DNA from: Chrysemys picta bellii
Lineage: Eukaryota
Reading direction: 5' to 3'
Length of the DNA: 64,000 nt
NCBI RefSeq assembly: GCF_011386835.1
Contig: NC_088810.1
Coordinates: 23,374,001-23,438,000 of the forward strand
The notes below the pieces were generated by a model. The model ran no database searches, was not told where the DNA came from, and worked only from the letters and a program-made list of their open reading frames with translations. The translations under genes and the position numbers were made by a program. Of the stretch, positions 40,578 to 52,812 are shown in pieces (the stretch's first letter is position 1; every line of letters starts with the position of its first letter).

Positions 40578-41664
40578 CCAATTCGACTCAATCTATTTCT
40601 AACCCAAGAGATGTCACAGTAGGATCCATTTCCATTTAAGAGTGAATCTTGCACGTATTCGCTGTGATTTTTATCAGGAATGACAGTGTTGTTCCATAAT
40701 TCTCTTGTGTAGATATTCAGTAGCAAGTTGTGGTGGATCCATGATTTGAAGCCAAAGGTGGGGAGTTTAGGAGCACCAGATGCAATTGAGAAACGTATTT
40801 CCTATTACCTGGAAATCGAAATAGGGAATTTAAATCTTTAAATTAACTTTAGAAACGTTCTTAGCCATTTTTCTCTTGGCTAGATTAGGAAAAAACTTTC
40901 CCAGTTTAGCCCCTACACGGCCAACTTAGGGGTCTTCTACTTTATTCTGAAGTAGCTCTCATTCCTTGGTATAGGAGGCAGGAGAATGATTAAACTGACA
41001 AATGGTGTGATCAGGTATAGGAATTCCAACGTTCTTATGAGCAGAAATACCCACTGAAGATTCTTCTCCTCAGATGGTGTAATTTAGGGTCACTCCATGG
41101 AAGTCAGTGGATCTGAACCCAGTTTACCAGAGCTGAGGATCTTGTCTTAGTGATTTATTTGGAGAAAGGAAAAGTTTCTGTTTATTCATCAGCAAGTATT
41201 GCGGACTCCCAAGGTTTAGAAAAACAATAAGCCACACTCTGACCCTGGACTCCACTGGTTTGTATGCTGAGATTGAATCCTCAAAGGAAAAGAAATGATA
41301 GCATCCCAGCCTTGTTCTCTCTGAGAAATGTCTATAATGGACAGCAAATCCCAGGGGTCCATCAATGAAATAGTTACACTTATTCCAGGCGGTGTTTTTC
41401 AGACAAAGTCATTGAGAAGGGTTCAAAGGGGCCCATGAGGAGGGAAGTTTAGTGTGAGTAGATAAGAGGTATAGAACGAGGAAATAGGAACAAATACATA
41501 GCCACGAACATAGGGTTTAAATCCACTCCTCCTCTCTCTCGGGCCCCACGGTGACCTCACTACTATAGTAACCAAGGTTTGAGTCCTTTCTTCCACTGAC
41601 ACTGGTACCTTTTCTTTACTCTAGTCCCTGTTGTGTGTTTCAGGTTCATCTCCATCACAGAAAG

Positions 41665-42195
41665 ATGTCTTGCTCCAGCCTGTGCTATCCAGAATGCGGG
41701 GTGGCCCGACCCAGTCCAGTTTCTGGCAGCTGCAACGAGCCCTGCGTTAGGCAGTGCCCTGACTCTGAAGTCATCATCAGACCATCACCAGTTGTTGTAA
41801 CCATCCCAGGACCAATTCTCAGCAATTTCCCTCAGCAGAGTGAAGTGGGAGCTGTTGGAGCACCTGTGGTCGGAGCAGGCTACGGGGGCTCATTCGGTTT
41901 GGGGGGATTGAACGGCTATGGAGGCCATTACGGAGGATTGTATGGTTATGGGGGATTAGGTGGTTACGGGGGCCGTTATGGTTACGGGGGATTGAGTGGT
42001 TATGGGGGAGGTTACGGGGGACTGTGTGGTTACGGGGGCCGTTATGGTTATGGGGGATTGAGTGGTTACGGCGGCCGTTATGGTGGACTGTGTGGTTACG
42101 GAGGAGGTTACGGGGGAGGTTACGGTTATGGGGGAGCATGCGGTTCCGGGGTATCTTGCCATAGGTACCTGAGTGGAAGCTGTACACCATGTTAA
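41665..42195 (+). CDS. Corneous beta-protein, 176 aa, B-type (cassette in flipped orientation)
   Basis: Intact; intron 40572-41643. Confidence 0.95.
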   Translation: MSCSSLCYPECGVARPSPVSGSCNEPCVRQCPDSEVIIRPSPVVVTIPGPILSNFPQQSEVGAVGAPVVGAGYGGSFGLGGLNGYGGHYGGLYGYGGLGGYGGRYGYGGLSGYGGGYGGLCGYGGRYGYGGLSGYGGRYGGLCGYGGGYGGGYGYGGACGSGVSCHRYLSGSCTPC

Positions 42196-44241
42196 ACCCT
42201 GCAGGAATATCAATGGTAAAAGAAAAGACCAGGAAATGAACAAAAAGCTAGAGATTCAGACAGAGATTTCAGAAGTGCTGGGCAGGCATGGCTCCACTTG
42301 AATTCAATGCGAACTGTGTCTGCTCAGCCCCTTTATCTCATAGACCGATTGCTAATATTATGCTTGTAAACACTTTCTGCCAATGCTTTCCCCAACCACG
42401 CGCTTATTCTCTTAGTCACACGTGGACTCATTCTGAATTACACTCAGGCTGTTTGCACTAACCCCGCAGTGTGAAGGAAAAAGGGGCCTTAACACAGGCA
42501 TCAGTTGTCTTTATTATCACTTTAATTTGTTTGTCCAACTCTGCATCTGCAACAAAGGGAAAAGAACATCTTGCCTCAAATGCATCCCAAGGAAGCGGGT
42601 GATCAGTCCCAACCCCTTTTGGAAATACTTGAAATGCATCCTTTCTGCTCTGTATTATTTTTTTTTGTAACTGTGTATTGCAAATTTCATTCATATTAAA
42701 AAGTATGCTGCATCATAATATCGGTCATCTGGTTTTCCTTGTTCCTCACTCATGCTGGAGAAAATTCATCCCTGTAGAGCCGGCAGTACCAGACACCTCT
42801 CAAGCTGCAACTTTCGAAGGCATGTAATGATAGAAGAATAAAGCCCATAAAATGGTTCATAGCAGTATTCAGGCCCTCTGCACAGGGGTGGAGTTCTTCC
42901 TTGCATTATCTGTTTAGCAAAAAGTCTTTTCCTGCTAAGACTTTCACAGATTTTCACTTTAAGAATGTAAATATTTCCTTTGATTTCAAAAGGACCAATC
43001 ACATGGTTCGTGGTAAGACTACATGCCTTCTAAGCCTCAAATGGAGTGACATGCTTGTTGCAATCTGCGTTCCTAGTATCATTCCAATGACTTTCTTGGT
43101 GGTGCAATGAGAATGCATGTCGAGGTGATTCAGAATTGCATCAGCAGCGCAATTGGCTGTCATGAGCAGAAATCCACTTTGGTCTTTTCAGTTCATGCGG
43201 GTCATAGTTAGGGGCATTGGACAGCTCATTATAAACTTGCTAGGAAGCAAAGAGCCATTTTTCTGCCTTCTCAAAAGCTCCATCCCCAACGGGTGAGATC
43301 CGATTCACTCGAAAACAATCAGAATCATTCCATTGCCTTCAGTGTCTTTCCTGTCGAGACCTTAAGTCTCAGATTCACCTTTTGGCAGAGGGATAGTACG
43401 ATGCCTATGGACAACTTTAGCCCCACTTTAAACTTGCAAACTATGTCTTAGCAGGGACTTCAGTGGAGTATGGGCCTTTGTGATGGCCCTCTGCCCAGAG
43501 GTGAATTTCACCTAAGGGTGATTAAACCTTGATCTAACATTGGACCTCCACTTGTGTCACCAATGCTATCTCAAAGGATTGCCTAGACCAGATTTGCTCA
43601 AGGGTCAATGGAAGAGATAGTGGGGAGTTAAAGGAAGCAGTGCTCTTTTCTAGAAAGCTTTTGAGTTAAATGATTGAATTTGTACTCTGTTAGAAACCAT
43701 CTCTCTATGACTGAGCTGACAAGAAACTGAGGTCTTGCAAGATAATGCAGCTGACTAAGGCCTGGAAGAAGCCCAGGAGAGATGGAAGTCATGGATTATG
43801 GGTGAAGGAGGAAAGGGCTGTTGGCTGTGATTTGACATAGAGTCCGACCAGCCATAGGTTATGTTGCATAAACCATTCCTGCAAGAACCAGAATGTTGTT
43901 TTAAGTGTAAAATATATCTCTAGCAGTACATTCTGTATCCAGGGAAGAAGGCGGAAATGTCTTCCTTTGACTTTAAGACCCTGAACTTCTTTCAATTTGA
44001 AGCAACTGTGCTGATTAACACCAAGAGAGCACCTTATTTTCCTATAAATACACCAAATGTAAAATTACATTAGAATGAAAATGAAATATCCCCAAATTCT
44101 TTGGCTTTGAATTGTGACCTGATTAAAGGAATGACATGAGAGACCTTGGCCTCTATTTTTTTTTAAGTGACTCTATTACTCATTGCACAGGCGTCTAATC
44201 CCAGGAACAATTTACTAATCTTCTAAGAATACAACCCTTTT

Positions 44242-44997
44242 GATAGGTTTCAGAGTAACAGCCGTGTTAGTTTGTATCCGCAAAAAGAAGAACAGGAGTA
44301 CTTGTGGCACCTTAGAGACTAACAAATTTATTAGAGCATAAGCTTTCGTGGACTACAGCCCACTTCTTCGGATGCATATAGAATGGAACATATATTGAGG
44401 AGATATATATACACACATACAGAGAGAATAAACAGGTGGGAGTTGTCTTACCAACTCTGAGAGGCCAATTAATTAAGAGAAAAAAACTTTTGAAGTGATA
44501 ATCAAGCTAGCCCAGTACAGACAGTTTGATAATAAGTGTGAGAGTACTTACAAGGGGAGATAGAGTCAATGTTTGTAATGGCTCAGCCATTCCCAGTCCT
44601 TATTCAAACCGGAGTTGATTGTGTCTAGTTTGCATATCAATTCTAGCTCAGCAGTCTCTCTTTGGAGTCTCTTTTTGAAGTTTTTCTGTTGTAATATAGC
44701 CACCCGCAGGTCTGTCACTGAATGACCAGACAGGTTAAAGTGTTCTCCCACTGGTTTTTGAGTATTTTGATTCCTGATGTCAGATTGTCCATTAATTCTT
44801 TTGCGTAGAGACTGTCCGGTTTGGCCAATGTACATGGCAGAGGGGCATTGCTGGCACATGATGGCATATATCACATTGGTAGATGTGCAGGTGAACGAGC
44901 CCCTGATGGTATGGCTGATGTGATTAGGTCCTATGATGATGTCACTTGAATAGATATGTGGACAGAGTTGGCATCGGGGTTTGTTACCTATCCTTGT
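44242..44997 (-). mobile_element. 5'-truncated Penelope-like retroelement (GIY-YIG endonuclease C-terminus plus terminal repeat)
   Basis: 44566-~44988 encodes ...FTCTSTNVIYAIMCQQCPSAMYIGQTGQSLRKRING...HFNLSGHS...ETAELELICKLDT. Absent from the paralogous sites at ~9970 and ~34585. Confidence 0.9.
44334..44371 (-). ncRNA. Hammerhead-ribozyme-like motif in the Penelope terminal repeat (variant core CCGAAGA)
   Basis: Minus strand: CCGAAGA-A-GTGGGCT/AGTCCAC-GAAA-GC-TTAT-GC-TC. Stem I not identified. Confidence 0.45.
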
Positions 44998-45239
44998 AAT
45001 AGTTCTGATCCTCCCTACCACAGTTCAAGCTCGAGGTTCATCCCTGTTAGACTCTATTACAAGACAACATTAGTAACAGGTCTTGTTAAATACTGTGTGC
45101 ATCCTTGGATCTAAGCATCCACGATAAAAAAATTACTAACATTTGATCCACATTAATTGTTTCTTCTTTATACTTGAGGACAATACTCTCCAAAGGAATT
45201 ACAAGTCTGTCAATTTTTCTCTTTTCCTTGCACAAGTGA

Positions 45240-47960
45240 TTGTAGGTGGAGAGCCTCATCTGGTCTCACTTAGGGTGGCTCCCGTGAAGTCAATGGAACA
45301 GCGCATATTTAGACCAGCTGAGGAAGTGGTGTTTTGATTTTTAAAAAAAGCCAAACATTTCCCTTCCTTGATCAGCAAGTGTTGGTGACACACTGAGGTT
45401 TACACGCCAAATCAGCACATTTTCATGCTGTCCTGAACTCATTTCTAGTTAGAGGTTACATCCTAACAAGGAAAATGGCATTATTAATGCTATCCCAGCC
45501 AAGTTCTGTGTTATAATTTTAATGGACTGAAAATCCCAAGCATTAGTGATAGAAATTATATACTGCTTAGAGACAGGGCAAAGAAAGTAACAAAGATTCA
45601 AAATAGCTAGTTCTTTCTTTCTTTCTTTCACTCTCCTTCTGTCTCTCTCTTTATGTGTCTATGTGACCTCAATTGAATTAGGAGCTCAATATAAAATGTT
45701 TTATTCCACTTTCCCACACACATTAAATTTACTCTCTTCCCTGCTGTGTGTCTCTGATTTATCGCCACTGCAGAAAGATGTCTTGTTTCACAAATGTGTG
45801 GAGTGACACTCCACAAAGCACGTGTGGACAGCTTCAACAGGCCTTACATAAGGTCGTGCCCTGAGCCCACAGTGCTGATCCAACCACCCTTCGCTGTCAT
45901 GACCTTCTGAGGACCAATTCTCAGTTCTTTCCCTCAGGAAAGCGTAGTGGGATCTTCAGCAGCAGCTGACATGGAGGTGGTGATGGGGGTGTATGTGGTG
46001 ATAGAGCCTTATAATGTTATGGAAGCTTATATGGTTGTGGGGGTCCCTGTGGTTATGGGACATGACATGGTTATCGGGGTCCATATGGTTAGGAGAGATT
46101 CTATGGTTACAAGGTACCATATGGTTGTGGGGGGAATATAGGGTTGTGGGGGTGGTGATGGGGCCATAGGTAAACCCAGTAGGCATATCTAAAGAAAAAG
46201 GAAGAACCAGGAAATGAACAGCAAGATGCAGATTGAGGTTTTAGCGCATAGCCCTAGCTTTGAGAATTGCCGAGTACATCGAACTCTTTGTGAAATAATA
46301 AAAGAGCTGCATTTAACCAACACCTCTGCAAACATGCCTAATGTTTCCCATATTTCACATGATGGGTCTTTCTTCTAATGCCTGCCTGGCTATTTGCTTC
46401 CTCTATTATCAACACAGTGGGCCCTGATGATGCAGAGAGAATGGTGCTTGCAATACTCTGGAGCAAATTCCGACTGAGATGGATTTACTGCATTTCTACA
46501 AGCTTGGCAAGGATATAAACTCTTCTGCTTCAGGGTATCATCCAGTAATGGAGGTAGATCGGATTGACGGGGGATAATGAAAAAGTTCCTCTATGGGCAG
46601 GTGATCCCATACCTGTGTTCTACGGGGTTTCTTGCACCTCCCTGTGAAGCCTCTGGCACTCACCACTGTGGGAGAGAGGCCTGATTTGCTGCAGCAATGC
46701 CTGTGTTCTTCCATTCCAAGGAGGGGTCATTAGGTGTATTCTGACATTGAGGAATAGAGCTGTATTGCCCTTAAATAAAACCCGGTGGCAGATGGCTAAA
46801 TCTCCCCTCACTATGTGAGTATTACATCATGTCAGTGAAGAGCCAGGAAGGTCTGGATACATTTTTCCTTTTGTGTTGTCAAATCAAAAATTTGATCAGT
46901 GGAAAATATTCATCTTCTGGGAACTGACAGCCATGAATATGTTGAAGAAAATCATAGTAGAAAATGCAATCTTGGTATGTGAATTCCTGCAATATCAAGT
47001 TATGGTGCAGCCCCTGGGTTTGTATAAAAATGGTACTATGGAGTGCAGTGAGGAACAGCTTCCTAAAAAACCATTAGATTCTTATACTGAAGTACTGGTC
47101 TGTGTACTAATCTCTTCATATCACAAAGGAGATTGCTGACTGCTGCAGATGACTTTAGTGTAGTGTAATTTGTCTTTAGGGATGGCCAATTTTCTTTTCC
47201 TTCTGAAAATTTGGATCGCTATCCAGCAAAGACTGACACAGACACTTTCCACGAACCATGAGATTGTTTTTTTGGAATCAAAGGAAATATTTACGTTAAA
47301 GTGCTTTATTCTCCTCTCACTCCACGCCTTCAAAAGTTGCAACTTGAGAGGTGTCTGGTGCTGCCGGCTCTACAGGGATGAATTTTCTCCAGCACGATTT
47401 TTAAACAAGGAGGGAGGAACAAGGAAAACCAGAAGATCGATATTATGATGCAGCACAGTTTTTAATGAGAATGAATTTGCAATGCAGTTACAGAAAGAAA
47501 TAATACAGAGCAGAAAGGATGCATTTCAAGTATTTCCAAAAGGGCTGGGACCGATCACCCGCTTCCTCGGGATGCATTTGAGGCAAGATGTTCTTTTTCC
47601 TTTGCTGCAGGTGCAGAGTTCGACTAACAAATTAAAGTGATAATAAAGACAACTGATGCCTGTGTTAAGGCCCCTGTTTCCTTCACACTGCGGGGTTAGT
47701 GCAAACAGCCTGAGTGCAATTCAGAATGAGTCCACATGTGATTAAGAGAATAAGCGCGTGGTTGGGAAAGCATTGGCAGAAAGAGTTCATAAGCATAATA
47801 TTAGCAATCGGTCTATGATCGAAAGGGGCTGAGCAGACACAGTTCGCATTGAATTCAAGTGGAGCCATGCCTGCCCAGCACTTCTGAAATCTCTGTCTGA
47901 ATCTATAGCTTGTTGTTCATTTCCTGGTCTTTTCTTTTACCACTGATATTCCTTCAGTGT
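45240..47960 (-). repeat. Inverted duplicate of ~18900-21690 (CBP 3' flank plus C-type pseudogene, tail to tail)
   Basis: For example, 47401-47520 is the reverse complement of ~19320-19445. Confidence 0.8.
45778..46173 (+). pseudogene. C-type CBP pseudogene, copy 4
   Basis: Same lesions plus a 1 nt deletion. Confidence 0.85.
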
Positions 47961-48461
47961 TTAACATGGTGTACAGCTTCCACTCAGGTACCTATGGCAA
48001 GATACCCCGGAACCGCATGCTCCCCCATAACCGTAACCTCCCCCGTAACCTCCTCCGTAACCACACAGTCCACCATAACGGCCCCCGTAACCACTCAATC
48101 CCCCGTAACCATAACGGCCCCCGTAACCACACAATCCCCCGTAACCACTCAATCCCCCGTAACCACCTAATCCCCCATAACCATTCAATCCTCCGTAATG
48201 GCCTCCATAGCCGTTCAATCCCCCCAAACCGAATGAGCCTCCGTAGCCGGCTCCGACCACAGGTGCTCCAACGGCTCCCACTTCACTCTGCTGAGGGAAA
48301 TTGCTGAGAATTGGTCCTGGGATGGTTACAACAACCGGTGATGGTCTGATGATGACTTCAGAGTCAGGGCACTGCCTAACGCATGGCTCGTTGCAGCTGC
48401 CAGAAACTGGACTGGGTCGGGCCACCCCGCATTCTGGATAGCACAGGCTGGAGCAAGACAT
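47961..48461 (-). CDS. Corneous beta-protein, 166 aa, A-type promoter
   Basis: Intact; intron 48483-49513. Confidence 0.95.
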   Translation of the reverse strand: MSCSSLCYPECGVARPSPVSGSCNEPCVRQCPDSEVIIRPSPVVVTIPGPILSNFPQQSEVGAVGAPVVGAGYGGSFGLGGLNGYGGHYGGLNGYGGLGGYGGLSGYGGLCGYGGRYGYGGLSGYGGRYGGLCGYGGGYGGGYGYGGACGSGVSCHRYLSGSCTPC

Positions 48462-49507
48462 CTTTCTGTGATGGAGGTAAACCTGAAACACACAACAGGG
48501 ACTAGAGTAAAGAAAAGGTACCAGCGTCAGTGAAAGAAAGGCCTCAAACCTCAGTTACTATAGTAGTGAGGTCTAAGTAGGGCCCGAGAGAGAGAGGAGG
48601 AGAGGACTTAGACCCTAAGTTCGTGGCTATGTTTTTGTTCCTATGTCCTCTTTATTTGCCTCTTATCCACTCCCACTAAACTTACCTCCCAACTGTCCCC
48701 TTTGAAACCTTCTGAATGACCTGTCACCACCTGGAATAAGTGTCATTATTTCTTTGAAGGATACCTGGTATGCTGTGTTCATTAGAGACATTTCTCAAAG
48801 AGAACATGGCTGGGATAATGCTGATCTTTTCCTTTCCTTTGAGGATTCAACCTCTGCATGCAAACCCGTTGAGTTCAGTGTCAGGGTGTGGCTCTTTGGT
48901 TTTCTAAACCTTGGGAGTCACCAATACTTGCTGATGAATAAACAGAAACTTTTCCTTTCTCCAAATAAATCATTAAGGACAAGATCCTCAGACCTTGTAC
49001 TCTGGTAAAATGGCTTCCATGGAGCGAGAATAAATTACACCATCTGAGGAAAAGCATCTTCAATGGGTATTTTTGTTCATAAGAATTTAGGAATTGCTAG
49101 ACTGGATCACACCAGTTGTCACTTTAATAATTCTCCTGGCTCCAATAGTGAGGAGTAACAGCTACTTCAGAATAAAGAAAACTCCTGAATTGCCCATTTA
49201 TGGACGAAGGTGGCAAAGTTTCTTCCTAATCTGTCCAAGCTAAAAATGTCTAAGGGACTTTCTAATGTTACTTTAAAGATTTAAATGCCCTAATTCTATA
49301 TCCAGTTAATAGGAAATATGTTTCCTGGTTGCATATGGTGCTCCTAAAATCCCCAACTTTGGCTTCAAATAACGACACAAGATAATTATGGAAGAACACC
49401 CTATTCCCTGTTAAAAATCACAGAGAGAATGTGCAAGATTGAGTCTTAAATGAAAATGGACCCTACTGTGACAGCTCTTGGGTTAGAAAGAGAGTGAGTC
49501 GAATCGG

Positions 49508-49581
49508 ACTTACCCAGTTCACCGAGGGGATGAAGTCCAAAGAAGCGTTTAGAGGAGATCTGAGCCATGAATGCTTTTATA
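49508..49581 (-). promoter_or_regulatory. TATA box, exon 1 and donor of CBP 48461
   Basis: TATAAAA at 49581-49575; donor starting at 49513. Confidence 0.8.
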
Positions 49582-50864
49582 CAGTTTCTAGGACTGCCTG
49601 GAGGATTTGTGATGCGTCTCTTACAGGAGGTCCCAATTAGTTACCAAACAAACTTGATTGCCTCGGTAAATCCTCCTTTTGAACATGCTGTTTTCTCAGG
49701 GTTTGGGATTACTGGGATAATCCTAATAATGCACGTTGCAGTCTGCATTCGTTGTGTCATTCCACTGACTTTCTTGGTGGTGGAATGAGAATGCATGTCA
49801 AGGTGATTCAGGGCTGCATCAGTAGCACAACTGGCTGTCATGAGCAGATATCCCCTTTGGTCCTTTCAGTTCATACAGGTCATTGTTAGGGGCACTGGAC
49901 ATTTCATTATAAACTTGCTAGGAAGCAGAGAGCTATTTTTCTGCATTCTAACGACCTCCATCCCCATCTCAGATCCAATTCCCTTTGTAATCAATTGGAA
50001 ATATTCCATGGCCTTCAGTCTCAAATTCACCTTTTGGCAGGGGGATAGAACAATACCTATGGAAAACTTTAGTTCTACTTTAAACTTTCAAACTACGTCT
50101 TAGCAGGGACTTAAGTATAGTAGGAGCCTTTGTGATGACCCTCTGCCTGGGAGTGAATTTCACTCTACAGTTATTCAAATCTGACCTAGCATTGGACCTC
50201 CACTTGTGTCACCAATGCTGTCTCAGAGGGATGCCTAGAATTGATTTACTTATGGGTCAAGGGAAGGGATGGTAGGGAGTGAAAGGAAGCAGTGCTCTTC
50301 TACAGAAAGGTTTTGAGTTAAGCTGTGAAACTTGTACTCCCTCAGAAACCGTCTCTCTGTGACTGAGCTGACAAGAAACTGAGGTCTTGCAAGATAATGC
50401 AGCTGACGAAGCCTGGAAGAAGCCCAGGAGAGGTTGAAATCATGGAGTCTTGGTAAAGGAGGAGAGTGCTGTGGGATGAGATATGACATAAAATCTGACC
50501 AGATATAGGCCATGTTGCAGAAAACAATCCTGCAAGAATTGGAATGTTGTTTTAAGTGTAAACTGTATCTCCAGGAGTGCCTCTGTATCCGGGAAGAAGG
50601 CAGAAATATCTTCCTTTGATTTTCAGGCCCTGAATCGCTTTGAAGATGAAGCAACTGTGCTGATTTACATCAAGAGAGCACCTTCCTTTTCCTATAAAAA
50701 TAATTTAAAAATACCAAATGCAAAATTACATTAGAATGAAAATGAAACATCCCCAAATGCTGTGGCTTTAAATCAAGACCTGATTAAAAGAATGAGATGA
50801 GAGATCGTGGCCTCTATTTTTTTTTAAGACCAAAAACATCAAGACACTTGATCACAGCCTTGAG

Positions 50865-50929
50865 TAGACCAAGAGACTACTGATACTCGATCTTAGCTCA
50901 AGATTGAGTGTCAGTAGTCTCTTGGTCTA
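50865..50929. other. Near-perfect 30 bp-arm hairpin inside a ~113 bp copy-specific insertion
   Basis: TAGACCAAGAGACTACTGATACTCGATCTT-AGCTC-AAGATTGAGTGTCAGTAGTCTCTTGGTCTA. Confidence 0.85.
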
Positions 50930-52434
50930 TTTTTGTTAAGTGACTCTATTAGTCAATGCAGAGGCATTTAATCCCAAAACAATTTAATAATATTCTAAGA
51001 ATAAAACTCTTTGCATTTATGAACCACCAATGAGTGTTCTCAGGTGCTTTGATATCTTGAGTTCTAAGAACACTGAACAATTTCCAGTCTTAACATCCTT
51101 ACTATCCCTGTTTTATGGGTATAGAAAAAAGAAGCTCATTGAGGTGAAGGTTGCACGGGTGTGAGTTGCAGAAACAGAAATACAACCCAATACTTCTGAC
51201 TCCTCCCACCACAGGCTAAGCACCTGCTTCATCCCTGCTACACTCTTTTAGAAGATAAGGTTTGCAATATGTCTTGTTAAAGAATGTGTGCATCCTTGGA
51301 TCTAAGCATCAACGATAAAAGAACCTGGCTAATTTTGGTCCACTTTACCTGTATCTCCTTTATACATTATTACAATACTTCACCAAAGGAATTACAAGTC
51401 GGTTAATTTCTTTTCCATGCGTATGATAACATTGTAAATCCCAATGTATAATTCAAGCTTCAAAAACTTGCTTTAAGGCATGTCACCCATTGGGACGAAG
51501 TCGCCAATTGCAGCATGTGTGCTACTTTTTCTTTCCTTGGAAACACATCGCTCTCATGGGTCATAGTGACCCAATGGTAATGAATTCTTTCAGATTTGTG
51601 AAATGAGGTACAGGGTAAGTCGTCTCTTTAACATAGCCTTCTTCATACATGAGGATAATAATTGTCCAAAGAAATTACAAGTGTGTACATTTCAAGCTTG
51701 TTCATGTGTTGTACAGGAATAAAACTCTTCATATGGAATTCAAATGTGGTACCAGATCATTCAATTCAATTCAATTTGGTGCCAGATAATTTAAATCTGC
51801 TCAAATGTAAATATTCACCACTGGGCCAGCACTTCAAATAAAGGGAGTTATAGTGGAGTGCAAAACCCTCGCTTGTTGATTATGGTTCACATTTAGATCA
51901 GAAGATGTTTCACCAAAACATTCCCCAAAAAATCATCAGAACAAAATAAGAAAAATTCCAGAATGAGCCTCTCTAAGAGTTCCTCTCAGGTGAGTGACAT
52001 AGTTGGAAGCACTGAACGGTAAGTGTCCAGTGGGGTTCAAGAGATGGAGTTAATTTTTGGCATGAATACTTCCAACTATGGTGTGTTTTTTCCGACTCTG
52101 CCAATCACTCCCTGTCTGACCTTCATTCACCTCTATGGCAAACAGGTATAATAATAACTTTCAAAATGGATTGTCTGAGGCTTTCTTTGATCTAAGCATT
52201 TCAAAGCACTTCATAACCACTCATCCAGTTTTATATTGCCAAAGAGATGTATTATTATAGTAGTAATAATATTTACTTGGATTAGATTTCCTATATTAAA
52301 GATTAGATTCACTTTAAAAATGTATGTCAAAGTGTCCAATATCATTCCAGTACTCAGTTTGTAATTCGCAGCCCCTGACACTGGGGCTCTTTGATTTTCA
52401 TTCAAGGTATCTTTGCATTTCCCTTTTATATCTT

Positions 52435-52812
52435 TGTCAAGGCTCCTTCCCCACTCTGAACTTTAGGGTACAGATGTGAGGGCCTGCATGAAAGCTTCTC
52501 AGCTTACTACCAGCTTAGATCTGGTCCGCTGCCACCACTCCCAATGGGCTAACTCCCTTCCCTGGGTAGCCTTGAGAGACTCTTCCACCAACTCCCTGGT
52601 GAATACAGATCCAAACCCTGGATCTTAAAACAAGGAGAAATTAACCAGGTTATTAAAAAAGGCTTTTAATTAAAGAAAAAGGTAAAAATCATCTCTGTAA
52701 AATCAGGATGGAAAATAACTTTACAGGGTAATCAAACTTAAAGGTTCAAAGTTCCAGCAAACAGAGGTATACACCCTAGCAAAATGTACATTTACAAATT
52801 GAGAAAACAACA
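52435..52812. mobile_element. Partial LTR-like element
   Basis: Starts TGTCAAGG..CCCCACTCTGAAC..AGGGTACAGATGTG, which resembles turtle LTR repeats I recall (not database-checked). Absent from the paralog at ~23.5 kb. Confidence 0.55.

Larger units (their letters stand above)
24552..42200 (+). repeat. Second unit of a ~24.6 kb tandem segmental duplication (partner 1 to ~18900)
   Basis: Position 1 aligns to 24552; genes pair 2477/27250, 7498/32115, 10802/35411, 13423/38025 and 18365/41665. Confidence 0.85.
43031..45230 (-). repeat. Inverted copy of the B-type upstream region downstream of CBP 41665, interrupted by a Penelope-like element
   Basis: Homologous to 8756-10249 and 33361-34861. Confidence 0.8.

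Noticed and set aside
2700-48300. CRISPR-like, rRNA, tRNA or prokaryotic systems
   Set aside because: The repeats are coding Gly/Tyr modules and segmental duplications in spliced vertebrate genes; no repeat-spacer array or structural RNA gene was seen.
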